NCBI RefSeq assembly: GCF_039941195.1
Contig: NZ_JBDVFA010000098.1
Span: forward strand, 99,775 to 163,774
DNA from: Aurantibacter sp.
GTDB lineage: Bacteria; Bacteroidota; Bacteroidia; Flavobacteriales; Flavobacteriaceae
Direction of reading: 5' to 3'
Length of the DNA: 64,000 nt
In this document: piece after piece, positions 40,098 to 49,209 of the stretch
Layout of the letters: each line of letters starts with the position of its first letter
How positions within the stretch are numbered: position 1 is the stretch's first letter
Made by a program: the position numbers and the translations under genes
The notes under the pieces: generated by a model
What the model saw: the letters and a program-made list of their open reading frames with translations, nothing else
Database searches by the model: none
What the model was told of the DNA's origin: nothing

Positions 40098-40958
40098 TTA
40101 ATGATGCAATTTTTTAGATCGTAACAATTGCAATAACAATTCGGGTTCATCAGTTTGAATCATATTTGCTCCGTATTTTAAAACTTCATCAAGTACTTTT
40201 TCTCCCTTTCCATAACGAATTTGTGCATCTAATTCGCCCAAAGTATTTATCCAAATTCTTGAGTTGTTCTTTTTCAACAACACACCAACTTCTTTAGAAT
40301 TAAACTTAGAATCAATATGTACTACTGGTGGTGCAAATCTCGTAATAGCAGAATCCACCATTTTATATGAATATGCTCTTGGCATTAATTGTGCCGATTT
40401 ATCAAGCTCCAATATTCGATCTAACTGTTCATAATCATTATCAAAATAAAAAGCTTCTTTAGTTGTTCCCGTTTTTCTTAAAGCGGCTAAAATTCCTTCA
40501 ACATTGTCTGTTTTCATATCAATGTCAATCATAATTTTTCCCTTTGTAACTTTTAAAAACTCTTCAAATGTTGGCACGGTCTCTTCGCTGATTCTTCCGT
40601 AAGGTGCTTTAAGTTTAAACTTTCTAATTTCTGCAAAAGTCAACTCTTCAACCTTACCTTTTCCAGTAGTTGTTCTATCAATACTAGAATCGTGCATTAA
40701 AATTAAATATCCATCTTTTGTTGTTTTTACATCCGCTTCAATAATATCAACTCCTAATTTAATCGCTTGCTTTGTTGAGGCTATTGAATTCTCAAAATTG
40801 CCCATATAAGCACCTCTATGCGCAGCTACAAGAACTGTTTTAGCATTTGAATTATGAAATACCCTTAAAGTTTCATTAAGATTTGTAGCATTTTTGGTAC
40901 TCGCACAGGATATAAAAAAGACTGCTATAAAAAGAACTAAATAGTTTAGTTTTCTCAT
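40098..40958 (-). CDS. Glycerophosphodiester phosphodiesterase (GDPD) lipoprotein
   Basis: AAHRGA, ENSIAS, IIEADV, ILMHDSSIDRTT, MIDIDMK, IQTDEP; lipobox FISC. Confidence 0.92.
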   Translation of the reverse strand: MRKLNYLVLFIAVFFISCASTKNATNLNETLRVFHNSNAKTVLVAAHRGAYMGNFENSIASTKQAIKLGVDIIEADVKTTKDGYLILMHDSSIDRTTTGKGKVEELTFAEIRKFKLKAPYGRISEETVPTFEEFLKVTKGKIMIDIDMKTDNVEGILAALRKTGTTKEAFYFDNDYEQLDRILELDKSAQLMPRAYSYKMVDSAITRFAPPVVHIDSKFNSKEVGVLLKKNNSRIWINTLGELDAQIRYGKGEKVLDEVLKYGANMIQTDEPELLLQLLRSKKLHH

Positions 40959-40999
40959 TCTATTATTTTGTTAGCGATGGAGGGAAAAATTAAATAATA

Positions 41000-43201
41000 T
41001 TATGGTTTTGGAGCGCTAATAGCTTCTGCATAGCGTCCAGCCCAATAGGGCAATAAATATATATACGGGGCGTATTCCTGTTTAGCACTACCCCCGTTAT
41101 TTCTATAAGCACCATTATGTTTATGCAAAACTCGTTCATCTCCAGGCAATACTTCTGAATAGGTCTGACTTCTGAAGTTGGGCTCAATTTCAACTAAATC
41201 TTTACGGTGACTATTATCAATTTTCCAATCAATTAAATCCATTGGAAATTCTCTTAAATTCCAAGCTGAATCTTCACTATCAATAGTTTTTGCACCACTT
41301 AAGGCAAACAGATAATTCCATAATGGATTTTTCTCAGAGCGCTCCACCTCCCAATGACTTTTTACTGTTTCAAAATGCTTTGCACGTTGTTCTTCTGTAA
41401 ACGAGTAATTGACAAAACTTGGAATAGTTAAAAAATACATTTCGTCATCGGAGTGATTCCAACGATCACTTAAATCTTCGCCTTCAACATATCCTATAGT
41501 TGTAGCAGGGCGATTCGCATTTTCATCATAACCATATCTTTTAATCAACTTTAGAGCTGCTTTCTTATACTTTTCATCCTTTGTAAAATGATATGTGGTT
41601 TGTAAAAATGAAAGAATAAGCGTTGAATTTAATCTGCGATCACCAACATTTGTAGGAAAGCTATTCACGTATTTTGGGTTCCATTTACCCCAAGCCGTTG
41701 GTTCTCCGTTCCAATCAACCAAATACCAATTATTATCCATTATATGATCCATCTGAATTTTTATTTGATGAATTGCGCGATCTTTCCATTCTTCATCTGG
41801 AGCCAATTCTGCAAAAAGCGCATGAACATAGAAATGTCCACAAGTTTCATCACTACTAGTTGTAGATTTCCAACGCCATTTTTTATCATCTGCCAATTGC
41901 CAAATTCTACCATTTTCAGCAACATGTTTTTTATACCATTCTTCGGAAAATCCGTTAGCATGTAAACCTACTTCATAACCATCACGTTCAAATGATCTTG
42001 CAGGAAATCCACTCATCGGCGGAAGTGCTGTTAATCTTTCCATTGCTTCAAAAGCTTCATATGCATTTTGCTTTGCATCTTCATCTTTCGTTACCGCATA
42101 ACGGTATAATTCACCTGCCAAATACATAGAAGTCCATAAGCCATCATTATCAGTATCCTTATAATAACCGGAAGTTAAATCTCCTGGTATTTTCAAACTT
42201 AAATTAGCCGTAAAACCGTACCTAATGTGCCTTAAACGTTGAATTTTTTGAAAATAAGCCGCTTTGTCGGCAAGTGTCATCGACACAAATTTAATTTGTG
42301 ACATTCCGCTTTTAGTAGCTATTAATACACTATTTTCTGGTCCTTCAGCTATATCAATTACTTCATCGTCTACTAACCATCGCTTTGAAGCGTAATAATC
42401 ATACTTACCATCTTCACGCAATTTAAAAGCTCCTTTTGTTGAACCAAACCAAAGTGAATTATTTATATTTTTAATTGTAGTAATTTCTGTCCAAGGAAGT
42501 TTTTCATTGATATCCCCAGGGGTAGCAGCAGTACCTGATAATGTAATAATCCCATTTTCAGTACCAACCATAACGTCATTTTTAAACACAGCAAGTGCCG
42601 TAAGACTGGAACCTGTATATATTTTATTCCATTTAGGGTTGGTAATTGAAACAGCATAAACAGCTCCCTTGCCTAAAATTAAAAATCGATTTTGATTTTC
42701 ATCGTATACTATGGAGGTAAGGTTCAATCCGGTTTGCTGAGTTTCCCAAATTGTTTTCCCTTCTTTATCAATTAATTTTATTGTCTTCGATGAAGCAACC
42801 AAACTTGTAAAATCTGAACCAATTGCAAAATGTGAAGGTGATTGCATACCGTGCTCAACCTCAAAGGTACCTCCCCATGCATTGCTTAATACTGAATTCT
42901 CCGTTAAATAAACAAACTGCTTTTTATAAGTATCAAAAGCAACAATATTCATATCTGTTAAGGGTCTGTATTGTAAATCGGAGGATAATTCTTTTTCAAA
43001 GGCGTTTAACACTCCTTCATTAGAAAGCACTTTTATAGCCAAATTACGATCACTTCTAACTTGTAAAACAGTTACATTTTTATTGGCCTCGTTTAGTTCA
43101 AACTTTTCAGCAAAATCTTGAAGAAATGGCACATCAAGATATTCCTGAGCATTTAAATTTACTGATACTATTAAACACGTAACTACAATTAGTTTTTTCA
43201 T
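41000..43201 (-). CDS. Uncharacterised secreted protein (N-terminal propeller-like repeats + helical C-domain), paralog of 46781-49033
   Basis: SPI signal (VNLNA/QE); SLWFGS and VLIAT propeller-like strands; C-domain DNDG, SSDE, DLIDW, LLPYWAGRY shared with the paralog. Confidence 0.75.
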   Translation of the reverse strand: MKKLIVVTCLIVSVNLNAQEYLDVPFLQDFAEKFELNEANKNVTVLQVRSDRNLAIKVLSNEGVLNAFEKELSSDLQYRPLTDMNIVAFDTYKKQFVYLTENSVLSNAWGGTFEVEHGMQSPSHFAIGSDFTSLVASSKTIKLIDKEGKTIWETQQTGLNLTSIVYDENQNRFLILGKGAVYAVSITNPKWNKIYTGSSLTALAVFKNDVMVGTENGIITLSGTAATPGDINEKLPWTEITTIKNINNSLWFGSTKGAFKLREDGKYDYYASKRWLVDDEVIDIAEGPENSVLIATKSGMSQIKFVSMTLADKAAYFQKIQRLRHIRYGFTANLSLKIPGDLTSGYYKDTDNDGLWTSMYLAGELYRYAVTKDEDAKQNAYEAFEAMERLTALPPMSGFPARSFERDGYEVGLHANGFSEEWYKKHVAENGRIWQLADDKKWRWKSTTSSDETCGHFYVHALFAELAPDEEWKDRAIHQIKIQMDHIMDNNWYLVDWNGEPTAWGKWNPKYVNSFPTNVGDRRLNSTLILSFLQTTYHFTKDEKYKKAALKLIKRYGYDENANRPATTIGYVEGEDLSDRWNHSDDEMYFLTIPSFVNYSFTEEQRAKHFETVKSHWEVERSEKNPLWNYLFALSGAKTIDSEDSAWNLREFPMDLIDWKIDNSHRKDLVEIEPNFRSQTYSEVLPGDERVLHKHNGAYRNNGGSAKQEYAPYIYLLPYWAGRYAEAISAPKP

Positions 43202-43540
43202 AATAAATTAGAATTATTTCAATGGATAAAATTACCCATATACCTCCATGCTTGTTTCATCATTATTGATTAAAATACATTAAATATTGACCTGAAATAA
43301 AATATAAAAAAACTCCTAAACACTTTAATATCAACAATTTCATTATATAATTGCATGGTTTTCAATTAAATTAATGTATTTTTTACAACAATTAAAGCTA
43401 AAACAGCATTATTGACCATAAGTCAAAAAAATGCTGTTCGGGTTAATTTTCCATATAAATAAATCAATTATTATGTGGTGAAATATTACTAACATTAGTA
43501 CATTTATTCTAAACACATATAGAATATTATTATAAGTATT

Positions 43541-45511
43541 ATGAATTGGAACAAGCCACTTTTTTTAATAACATTATTCCTAATTCTCGCTTATGATGTA
43601 AATGATAAACCTAACGAGTTATCTCGAACTTTATCTCCAAAATTTGAAAGATTAGCATACAATAACCCAGACCTAACGGTAGACTTAGGGGTTGGTTTAT
43701 GGGCATCTCCACTACCTATTGATTATGATAATGATGGAGACTTAGACTTATTAGTTTCATGTAACGATGTTCCTTTTAATGGCATCTTCTTTTTTGAAAA
43801 TAAGAGTGGCGAGGCATTCCCTGTTTTTGAACCTCCTGTTAAGGTCAGTAAACCAATTAAACATATTCAAGTTTCATATGTTGATGGTAAACCTCGTTTT
43901 TTAAAACCAGGCCAAGAGCTTTTAGATTTTAAATCGTCTTTTAATGATAAAGGAGTTTCGCTGTTTCCAGGTAATACCTTTTCAAAACTTCATAACAACA
44001 TTCGTTTTAATCAATGGAAATATGTCGATTATGAAAATGATGGTGATTTAGATATTATTGTTGGTATTCAAGATGGCGAAGATTATGGCTGGGACAATGC
44101 TTTTGATGAAAATGGTATATGGACAAATGGTCCGCTACATGGTTATGTTTATCTTATTGAATATGATAATGGCGCATATAAATTGAAAGATAAAATATTA
44201 GCAAGTGGAGCACCTATTGATGTTTACGGAGCACCTTCTCCAAATTTTGACGACTATGATAATGATGGAGATCTCGATATTATTTGCGGGGAATTTTTAG
44301 ACAAATTTACCTATTTTGAGAATATAGGTACTCGAGAAAAACCAGAATATGCTAAAGGAAAATATCTTGAAAATGAAGCTGGTGTACTAACCATGGATTT
44401 AGAAATGATATTGCCAGTTTCATTAGATTGGGATAAAGATGGCGATATAGATTTAGTAGTAGGTGATGAAGATGGTCGCGTAGCATTTATAGAAAATACG
44501 GGAATAACCAAGAACGGGATGCCGATTTTTAACAGCCCTAAATACTTTAAACAGAAAGCAGAACACGTTAAATTTGGAGCACTTGTTACTCCATTTAGCA
44601 CGGACTGGGATGATGATGGAGATGAAGACCTTATCTGTGGCAATTCTGCAGGATATCTTTCTTTTATTGAAAATTTAGATGGCGCTGATACTCCAAAATG
44701 GGATGCTCCTAAATATTTAAAGAACGATGGTGAAGTTATAAGAATTCAAGCAGGTGAAAGTGGTTCTATTCAAGGGCCATGTGAAGCTAAATGGGGATAT
44801 ACAACATTATCCGTTGAAGATTGGAACAATGATGGCTTAAAAGATATTCTAGTAAATTCCGTCTGGGGAAAAGTAATTTGGTATGAAAACATTGGAACAA
44901 AAGGAAATCCAAAACTAGCCAAAGAACAACCCATTAAAGTAAAATGGGATAATGACACCCCTAAGCCCGAATGGTATTGGTGGGATCCTGAGCCTAATAC
45001 TTTAGCAACACAGTGGAGAACAACACCAAATGCTATTGATTGGAACAAAGATGGTTTAATGGATTTAGTTATGTTAGACCAAGAAGGCTATCTAAGTTTT
45101 TATGAACGCTTTAAAGATGGTGAAGATTTAATATTAAGACCTGGACAACGTATTTTTAAAACTACGAATGGCACTTATGACCGTAAGAACCAATTTATCA
45201 ATAAATCTAATGGCCCATTACGGCTTAGTGAGCAAAAATATGGCAGTAGTGGAAGAAGAAAATTAGCCTTTGGTGATTGGGATTTAGATGGTGATACTGA
45301 TATTTTAATAAACGGCATAAATGCTGCACTTTTAGAAAACACCAAACAAAATAAAAACCGAGTAGAATATAAATTCAAAGGTAACTTATCGAACATAAAA
45401 TTAGCAGGACACACGACGAGTCCAACTTTAGTTAATTGGGATAATGAAGGAAAGCCAGACTTACTTTTAGGAGCTGAAGATGGCTATTTTTACTACTATA
45501 AAAATGACTAG
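43541..45511 (+). CDS. FG-GAP/VCBS repeat beta-propeller protein
   Basis: At least seven DxDxDGDxDL repeats (DYDNDGDLDL, DYENDGDLDI, DWDKDGDIDL, DWDDDGDEDL, DWNNDGLKDI, DWNKDGLMDL, DWDLDGDTDI); N-terminal hydrophobic segment. Confidence 0.9.
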   Translation: MNWNKPLFLITLFLILAYDVNDKPNELSRTLSPKFERLAYNNPDLTVDLGVGLWASPLPIDYDNDGDLDLLVSCNDVPFNGIFFFENKSGEAFPVFEPPVKVSKPIKHIQVSYVDGKPRFLKPGQELLDFKSSFNDKGVSLFPGNTFSKLHNNIRFNQWKYVDYENDGDLDIIVGIQDGEDYGWDNAFDENGIWTNGPLHGYVYLIEYDNGAYKLKDKILASGAPIDVYGAPSPNFDDYDNDGDLDIICGEFLDKFTYFENIGTREKPEYAKGKYLENEAGVLTMDLEMILPVSLDWDKDGDIDLVVGDEDGRVAFIENTGITKNGMPIFNSPKYFKQKAEHVKFGALVTPFSTDWDDDGDEDLICGNSAGYLSFIENLDGADTPKWDAPKYLKNDGEVIRIQAGESGSIQGPCEAKWGYTTLSVEDWNNDGLKDILVNSVWGKVIWYENIGTKGNPKLAKEQPIKVKWDNDTPKPEWYWWDPEPNTLATQWRTTPNAIDWNKDGLMDLVMLDQEGYLSFYERFKDGEDLILRPGQRIFKTTNGTYDRKNQFINKSNGPLRLSEQKYGSSGRRKLAFGDWDLDGDTDILINGINAALLENTKQNKNRVEYKFKGNLSNIKLAGHTTSPTLVNWDNEGKPDLLLGAEDGYFYYYKND

Positions 45512-45537
45512 ATTCATGCCTCGAAAAAAATTGAACA

Positions 45538-46671
45538 ATGAAACAACTTTTAGCTATTCTTATTATTCTATTTCTGAACTCATGCATTACGAATGAAGAA
45601 CGAGACTCATATTTGATAGAAGGCACCTTAAAAAACATACCAGATGGTACAATAATAGATTTATCGTTGCACATTGGAAGAAACGGCCAGAGAATAAATT
45701 CTGATACAATTATTGATGGACGGTTTAAATTTAATGACACTTTAAAAATACGACCTTCGAAAATGTCTCTAAAATTTAGGGATGGAAAGAATTATTACGG
45801 AAGTTGCGATTTATGGGTTGATTATGAAGTGATAAAAGTAGACGGTTACAGCAAATATCCAACTTCATGGGTTGTTACTGGTAAAAACAAGGAACAAGTA
45901 GCACTTAATAGCATTAAGAATAAAATAAGAAAAATTGAAACTAAAAAGGATAGTATTCGCTTGCTAATAAAGAACAGCCTAAAAGGTGCAGATGCGACAG
46001 AACTTTTATGGGATGCTTTTGACTCGGTTGAGACAATAGCAAACGCAATTGAATTAAAGGCAATTGAAGAAAACCCGAATAGCTTAAGTGCCATTGAAAT
46101 ACTTTATAGGAATGCTAAATTTGACTCCACTATAACTAAAAATCAAATTAAAAAAATCTACGACAAATTAGATACCAGCTATCAAAAAACCATATTTGCA
46201 GAAGGATTATTGTCAATAATACAAGAAAAAAATATTCCTGAAATTGGTGATTCCATGACAAACATTGTAGCTTTTGACCCAGATGGCAAAAAGTACGACT
46301 TAAATGGATTTAAGGGGAAGTATATTTTATTAGATTTTTGGGCTTCAGCTTGCGCCCCTTGTGTACAGGCACTACCAGAAACTAGAAATTTATATGCCAA
46401 TAATAATGAGCAACTCACAATAATTGGTGTAAATATGGATGATAATCTAGATTTATGGAAAAAGAGTTCACAAAGACATAACATAACATGGGAGAATATT
46501 TCTGATGGCAAAGGGAGTATTGCAGGTGCATCGGCTGAGTATGGCATAAAAGTATTTCCGACCTACTTCTTAATTGACCCAAATGGCACCATAATTGACA
46601 AATGGATTGGTTACGAACCTAATGAATTAACTGAAAAAATGAGTCAGCATATTAAAGAATTAAAAATCTAA
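45538..46671 (+). CDS. TlpA/ResA-family thiol-disulfide oxidoreductase lipoprotein (DUF4369-like N-domain)
   Basis: LLDFWASACAPC (CXXC), FPTYFLIDPNG; lipobox LNSC. Confidence 0.88.
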   Translation: MKQLLAILIILFLNSCITNEERDSYLIEGTLKNIPDGTIIDLSLHIGRNGQRINSDTIIDGRFKFNDTLKIRPSKMSLKFRDGKNYYGSCDLWVDYEVIKVDGYSKYPTSWVVTGKNKEQVALNSIKNKIRKIETKKDSIRLLIKNSLKGADATELLWDAFDSVETIANAIELKAIEENPNSLSAIEILYRNAKFDSTITKNQIKKIYDKLDTSYQKTIFAEGLLSIIQEKNIPEIGDSMTNIVAFDPDGKKYDLNGFKGKYILLDFWASACAPCVQALPETRNLYANNNEQLTIIGVNMDDNLDLWKKSSQRHNITWENISDGKGSIAGASAEYGIKVFPTYFLIDPNGTIIDKWIGYEPNELTEKMSQHIKELKI

Positions 46672-46780
46672 TATTAACAGCTATAAAGAAATATTTCTAT
46701 ACTAAAGACCTCATGCACTCTAAAATGCCGACACTTAGATTCAACTTTGTAGAAAATATATAGGAAGTCTAAAAAAAAGT

Positions 46781-49033
46781 TTATTTATTGATAATTATCT
46801 CTTGGTAGCGCCCCATCCAATAGGGTAAAAGCCAGAATACAGGTTCCTTTTCTTGACTTGGGTTTCCAACAATAGCTTCATATATATTATTATCCCAACG
46901 TACCGTACGGTATTCGCTTGGTGGTCGTAGTGCTACCTGTAGTTCCTCTAAAATGGGTTCCCTGACCACATTTAAATCTTCACGCTTGCCATTATCAATA
47001 TGCCAATCGATTAAATCTAACGGTGCATTCTTTAAAAAAGCAATGGAGGCATCTAGTTCATGACTGCCGCCGGAAAGATAATTATAGGCAAAATTCACAA
47101 GAGGACTTTTTGTTTGCCTATTCTTTTCAAACCACTTATTTAAATGGCTTACATATTCTTTTTTAAGCTTAGGGTCATGCTCATATTTGATCAATGGAGG
47201 ATACACATACAAAGCCATATAGATATCAAAATACGTTTCCCAAGCTGGGTTTGTATCATGCAACATTTTTGCATTTTCAAGATAGCCTTCCTCACTTATT
47301 AAATTAGAATATTCTTTTTGATATTTTTCTTCCTTCGTAATTTGATATGTGAATTTTAAAAAAGAAAGTAATTCTAAGGAGTTCAATGCTCGTTCTGGTG
47401 CCCAGTCTGGATTTTGATTTAGCATTTTAGGTGACCATACGCCCCATTTTGTATGTTTACCATCTACTCCTACCAAGTTAAAATCATTTGTAATCAAATG
47501 ATCCATGATTTTACTAAAGTGATTTGCTACACGTACTTTTTCTTCCTTATCTGCAACTAGGGTATAATAACAGTAGTATCCAAAAAGATGCCCGCAAAGT
47601 TCATCACTACTTGTATCTCCTTTCCATTTCCATTTTCCATCCTTAGAAAAGTGCCAACGTTGTTCTACCGGTTTTTGCCTTGGGTCGTTTATGATTTCAT
47701 CAGCCAATTGCTTATTTGAATAGGTACGATTCATATCATGTGAATTTTCCCATGAAACTGGAATAATCGTACGAGCAAAAAATCCATCAATTTCGGTTAC
47801 TTCTCGCAAAAAATGTAAAAAATCAAATGCCTTTTTAGCTCTTTCTTTTGCTTCTGGGTTTTTTGTAGCGGCGTATCGAAATGATTCCATAGCCAAATAC
47901 ATTGCCGTATATTCGCCATCATTATCATCATCTTCTGGAATTATAGTTGTGGTATCCCCAGGAATGGTCAATTTGGACCTACCTACAATCCAAGGTTCTC
48001 GAACATGGCGCTTAATTAATTTCTTATAGAAATAATCTGCTTTGGATTTAAGTGTCATTTGTTTTTTCTTAATGCTACTTACTCCATTAGCTGTTGCTAT
48101 CCAAGCATTACCATTAATATCAAAAGCAATATCCCGTACTTCATTGTTCATTAACCAACGTCTACTTAACCGTACTGAATATTCTTTTTCCTTTGGTTTA
48201 AATCTTGTAATTCCATAATTCGTACCAACCCACATCGTTCCATCTGGTGCATTTGCAACTACATTAACATTCGCATTAGGCAAACCGTCTTTTGGTAACT
48301 TTTCACTCAGTTTTTCTGTAGCATTGCGAATAGTAATACCCCCCAATCCACCTACCCATAATTTTCCTTCATTGTCATAATCAATACCTTTAACATAAGC
48401 GCTCACCAAATCTTCGTTCTTCTGATAAACACTTACTTTTTTTTCATTGCAATGATATAATCCAACATCAGTCCCTATCCACAAACCACCATTGTTATCA
48501 GACAAAGCCACACGTATACTTTTAGCAATAGTATAATCCTTTTTATGCCAAACCCCTTTTTCATAAAACCAAATACCATAAGGGCCTAAGGCGTACACAC
48601 CTTCTTTAGCGCACACAATTTTAGCAATTGGCGATTTAGGTCCGTCCATTTTTTCCAATTTTCCAGATTGATAGGAGTAGACTGCATTCCAGGTAGCCAT
48701 CCAAACAGCACCTGAAGAATCTAATGCGATATCATATGCAGGTCCCGAATCTTTATCCGAAAACAATGGTTTCCAATCTTGCGAAGTGGCAATCTTTTTA
48801 TAAACACCATTTTTAGTAGCAGCCCAAATAGTTTGATCAAAATCAGGTAATACAGCCCTAATATCATTTGCATCAGAATTGTCAGCATCAACTAAAAAAC
48901 CTTCATGATATTCTTGTTCAAAAGGTACATCAGCATAAAACAATTTGTCTTCAATCTCGGCTTCAACAATATTATTTTCAACTTGCTTACATGATAAAAC
49001 GACTAATAGTAATAGTAAAATTGAATTTCTCAT
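46781..49033 (-). CDS. Uncharacterised lipoprotein (two-component-regulator-propeller-like repeats + helical C-domain), paralog of 41000-43201
   Basis: Lipobox VLSC; repeats DSSGAVWMAT, DNNGGLWIGT, DNEGKLWVGG, APDGTMWVGT, DINGNAWIAT; C-domain DNDG, SSDE, DLIDW, LLPYWMGRY. Confidence 0.78.
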   Translation of the reverse strand: MRNSILLLLLVVLSCKQVENNIVEAEIEDKLFYADVPFEQEYHEGFLVDADNSDANDIRAVLPDFDQTIWAATKNGVYKKIATSQDWKPLFSDKDSGPAYDIALDSSGAVWMATWNAVYSYQSGKLEKMDGPKSPIAKIVCAKEGVYALGPYGIWFYEKGVWHKKDYTIAKSIRVALSDNNGGLWIGTDVGLYHCNEKKVSVYQKNEDLVSAYVKGIDYDNEGKLWVGGLGGITIRNATEKLSEKLPKDGLPNANVNVVANAPDGTMWVGTNYGITRFKPKEKEYSVRLSRRWLMNNEVRDIAFDINGNAWIATANGVSSIKKKQMTLKSKADYFYKKLIKRHVREPWIVGRSKLTIPGDTTTIIPEDDDNDGEYTAMYLAMESFRYAATKNPEAKERAKKAFDFLHFLREVTEIDGFFARTIIPVSWENSHDMNRTYSNKQLADEIINDPRQKPVEQRWHFSKDGKWKWKGDTSSDELCGHLFGYYCYYTLVADKEEKVRVANHFSKIMDHLITNDFNLVGVDGKHTKWGVWSPKMLNQNPDWAPERALNSLELLSFLKFTYQITKEEKYQKEYSNLISEEGYLENAKMLHDTNPAWETYFDIYMALYVYPPLIKYEHDPKLKKEYVSHLNKWFEKNRQTKSPLVNFAYNYLSGGSHELDASIAFLKNAPLDLIDWHIDNGKREDLNVVREPILEELQVALRPPSEYRTVRWDNNIYEAIVGNPSQEKEPVFWLLPYWMGRYQEIIINK

Positions 49034-49070
49034 GTTTATTTAATAATTATACTTCCAAAAAGCTACTGTT

Positions 49071-49160
49071 CTAACTTTAAGTAATCAGGATAAGAAAGGA
49101 AAACCCGACCTACTGTTAAGAACTGAGAATGGTTATTTTACTATTATAAAAGATTTATAG
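49071..49160 (+). pseudogene. Decayed remnant of the 3' end of a VCBS/FG-GAP gene (copy of 45422-45511)
   Basis: Translates LTLSNQDKKGKPDLLLRTENGYF vs PTLVNWDNEGKPDLLLGAEDGYF in the intact gene. 53/69 nt identical by hand count, then a 1-nt deletion; no start codon or upstream body. Confidence 0.8.
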
Positions 49161-49192
49161 AAGACTTTGAATATATATACAAAGTCTTCTAT
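49157..49192. terminator. Bidirectional terminator between the VCBS remnant and the PAP gene
   Basis: Perfect 13-bp inverted repeat ATAGAAGACTTTG-N10-CAAAGTCTTCTAT. Confidence 0.75.
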
Positions 49193-49209
49193 TGTCTTAA
49201 TTTAGCTTA

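Noticed and set aside
43487-43500. Palindrome TACTAA-CA-TTAGTA upstream of the VCBS gene
   Set aside because: Short and AT-rich, with no second copy found in the window.
43541-45511. Repeated GATGG(A/T)GAT-like DNA units that could suggest a tandem repeat or CRISPR
   Set aside because: They encode the DxDxDGD protein repeats, are irregularly spaced and degenerate at third codon positions.
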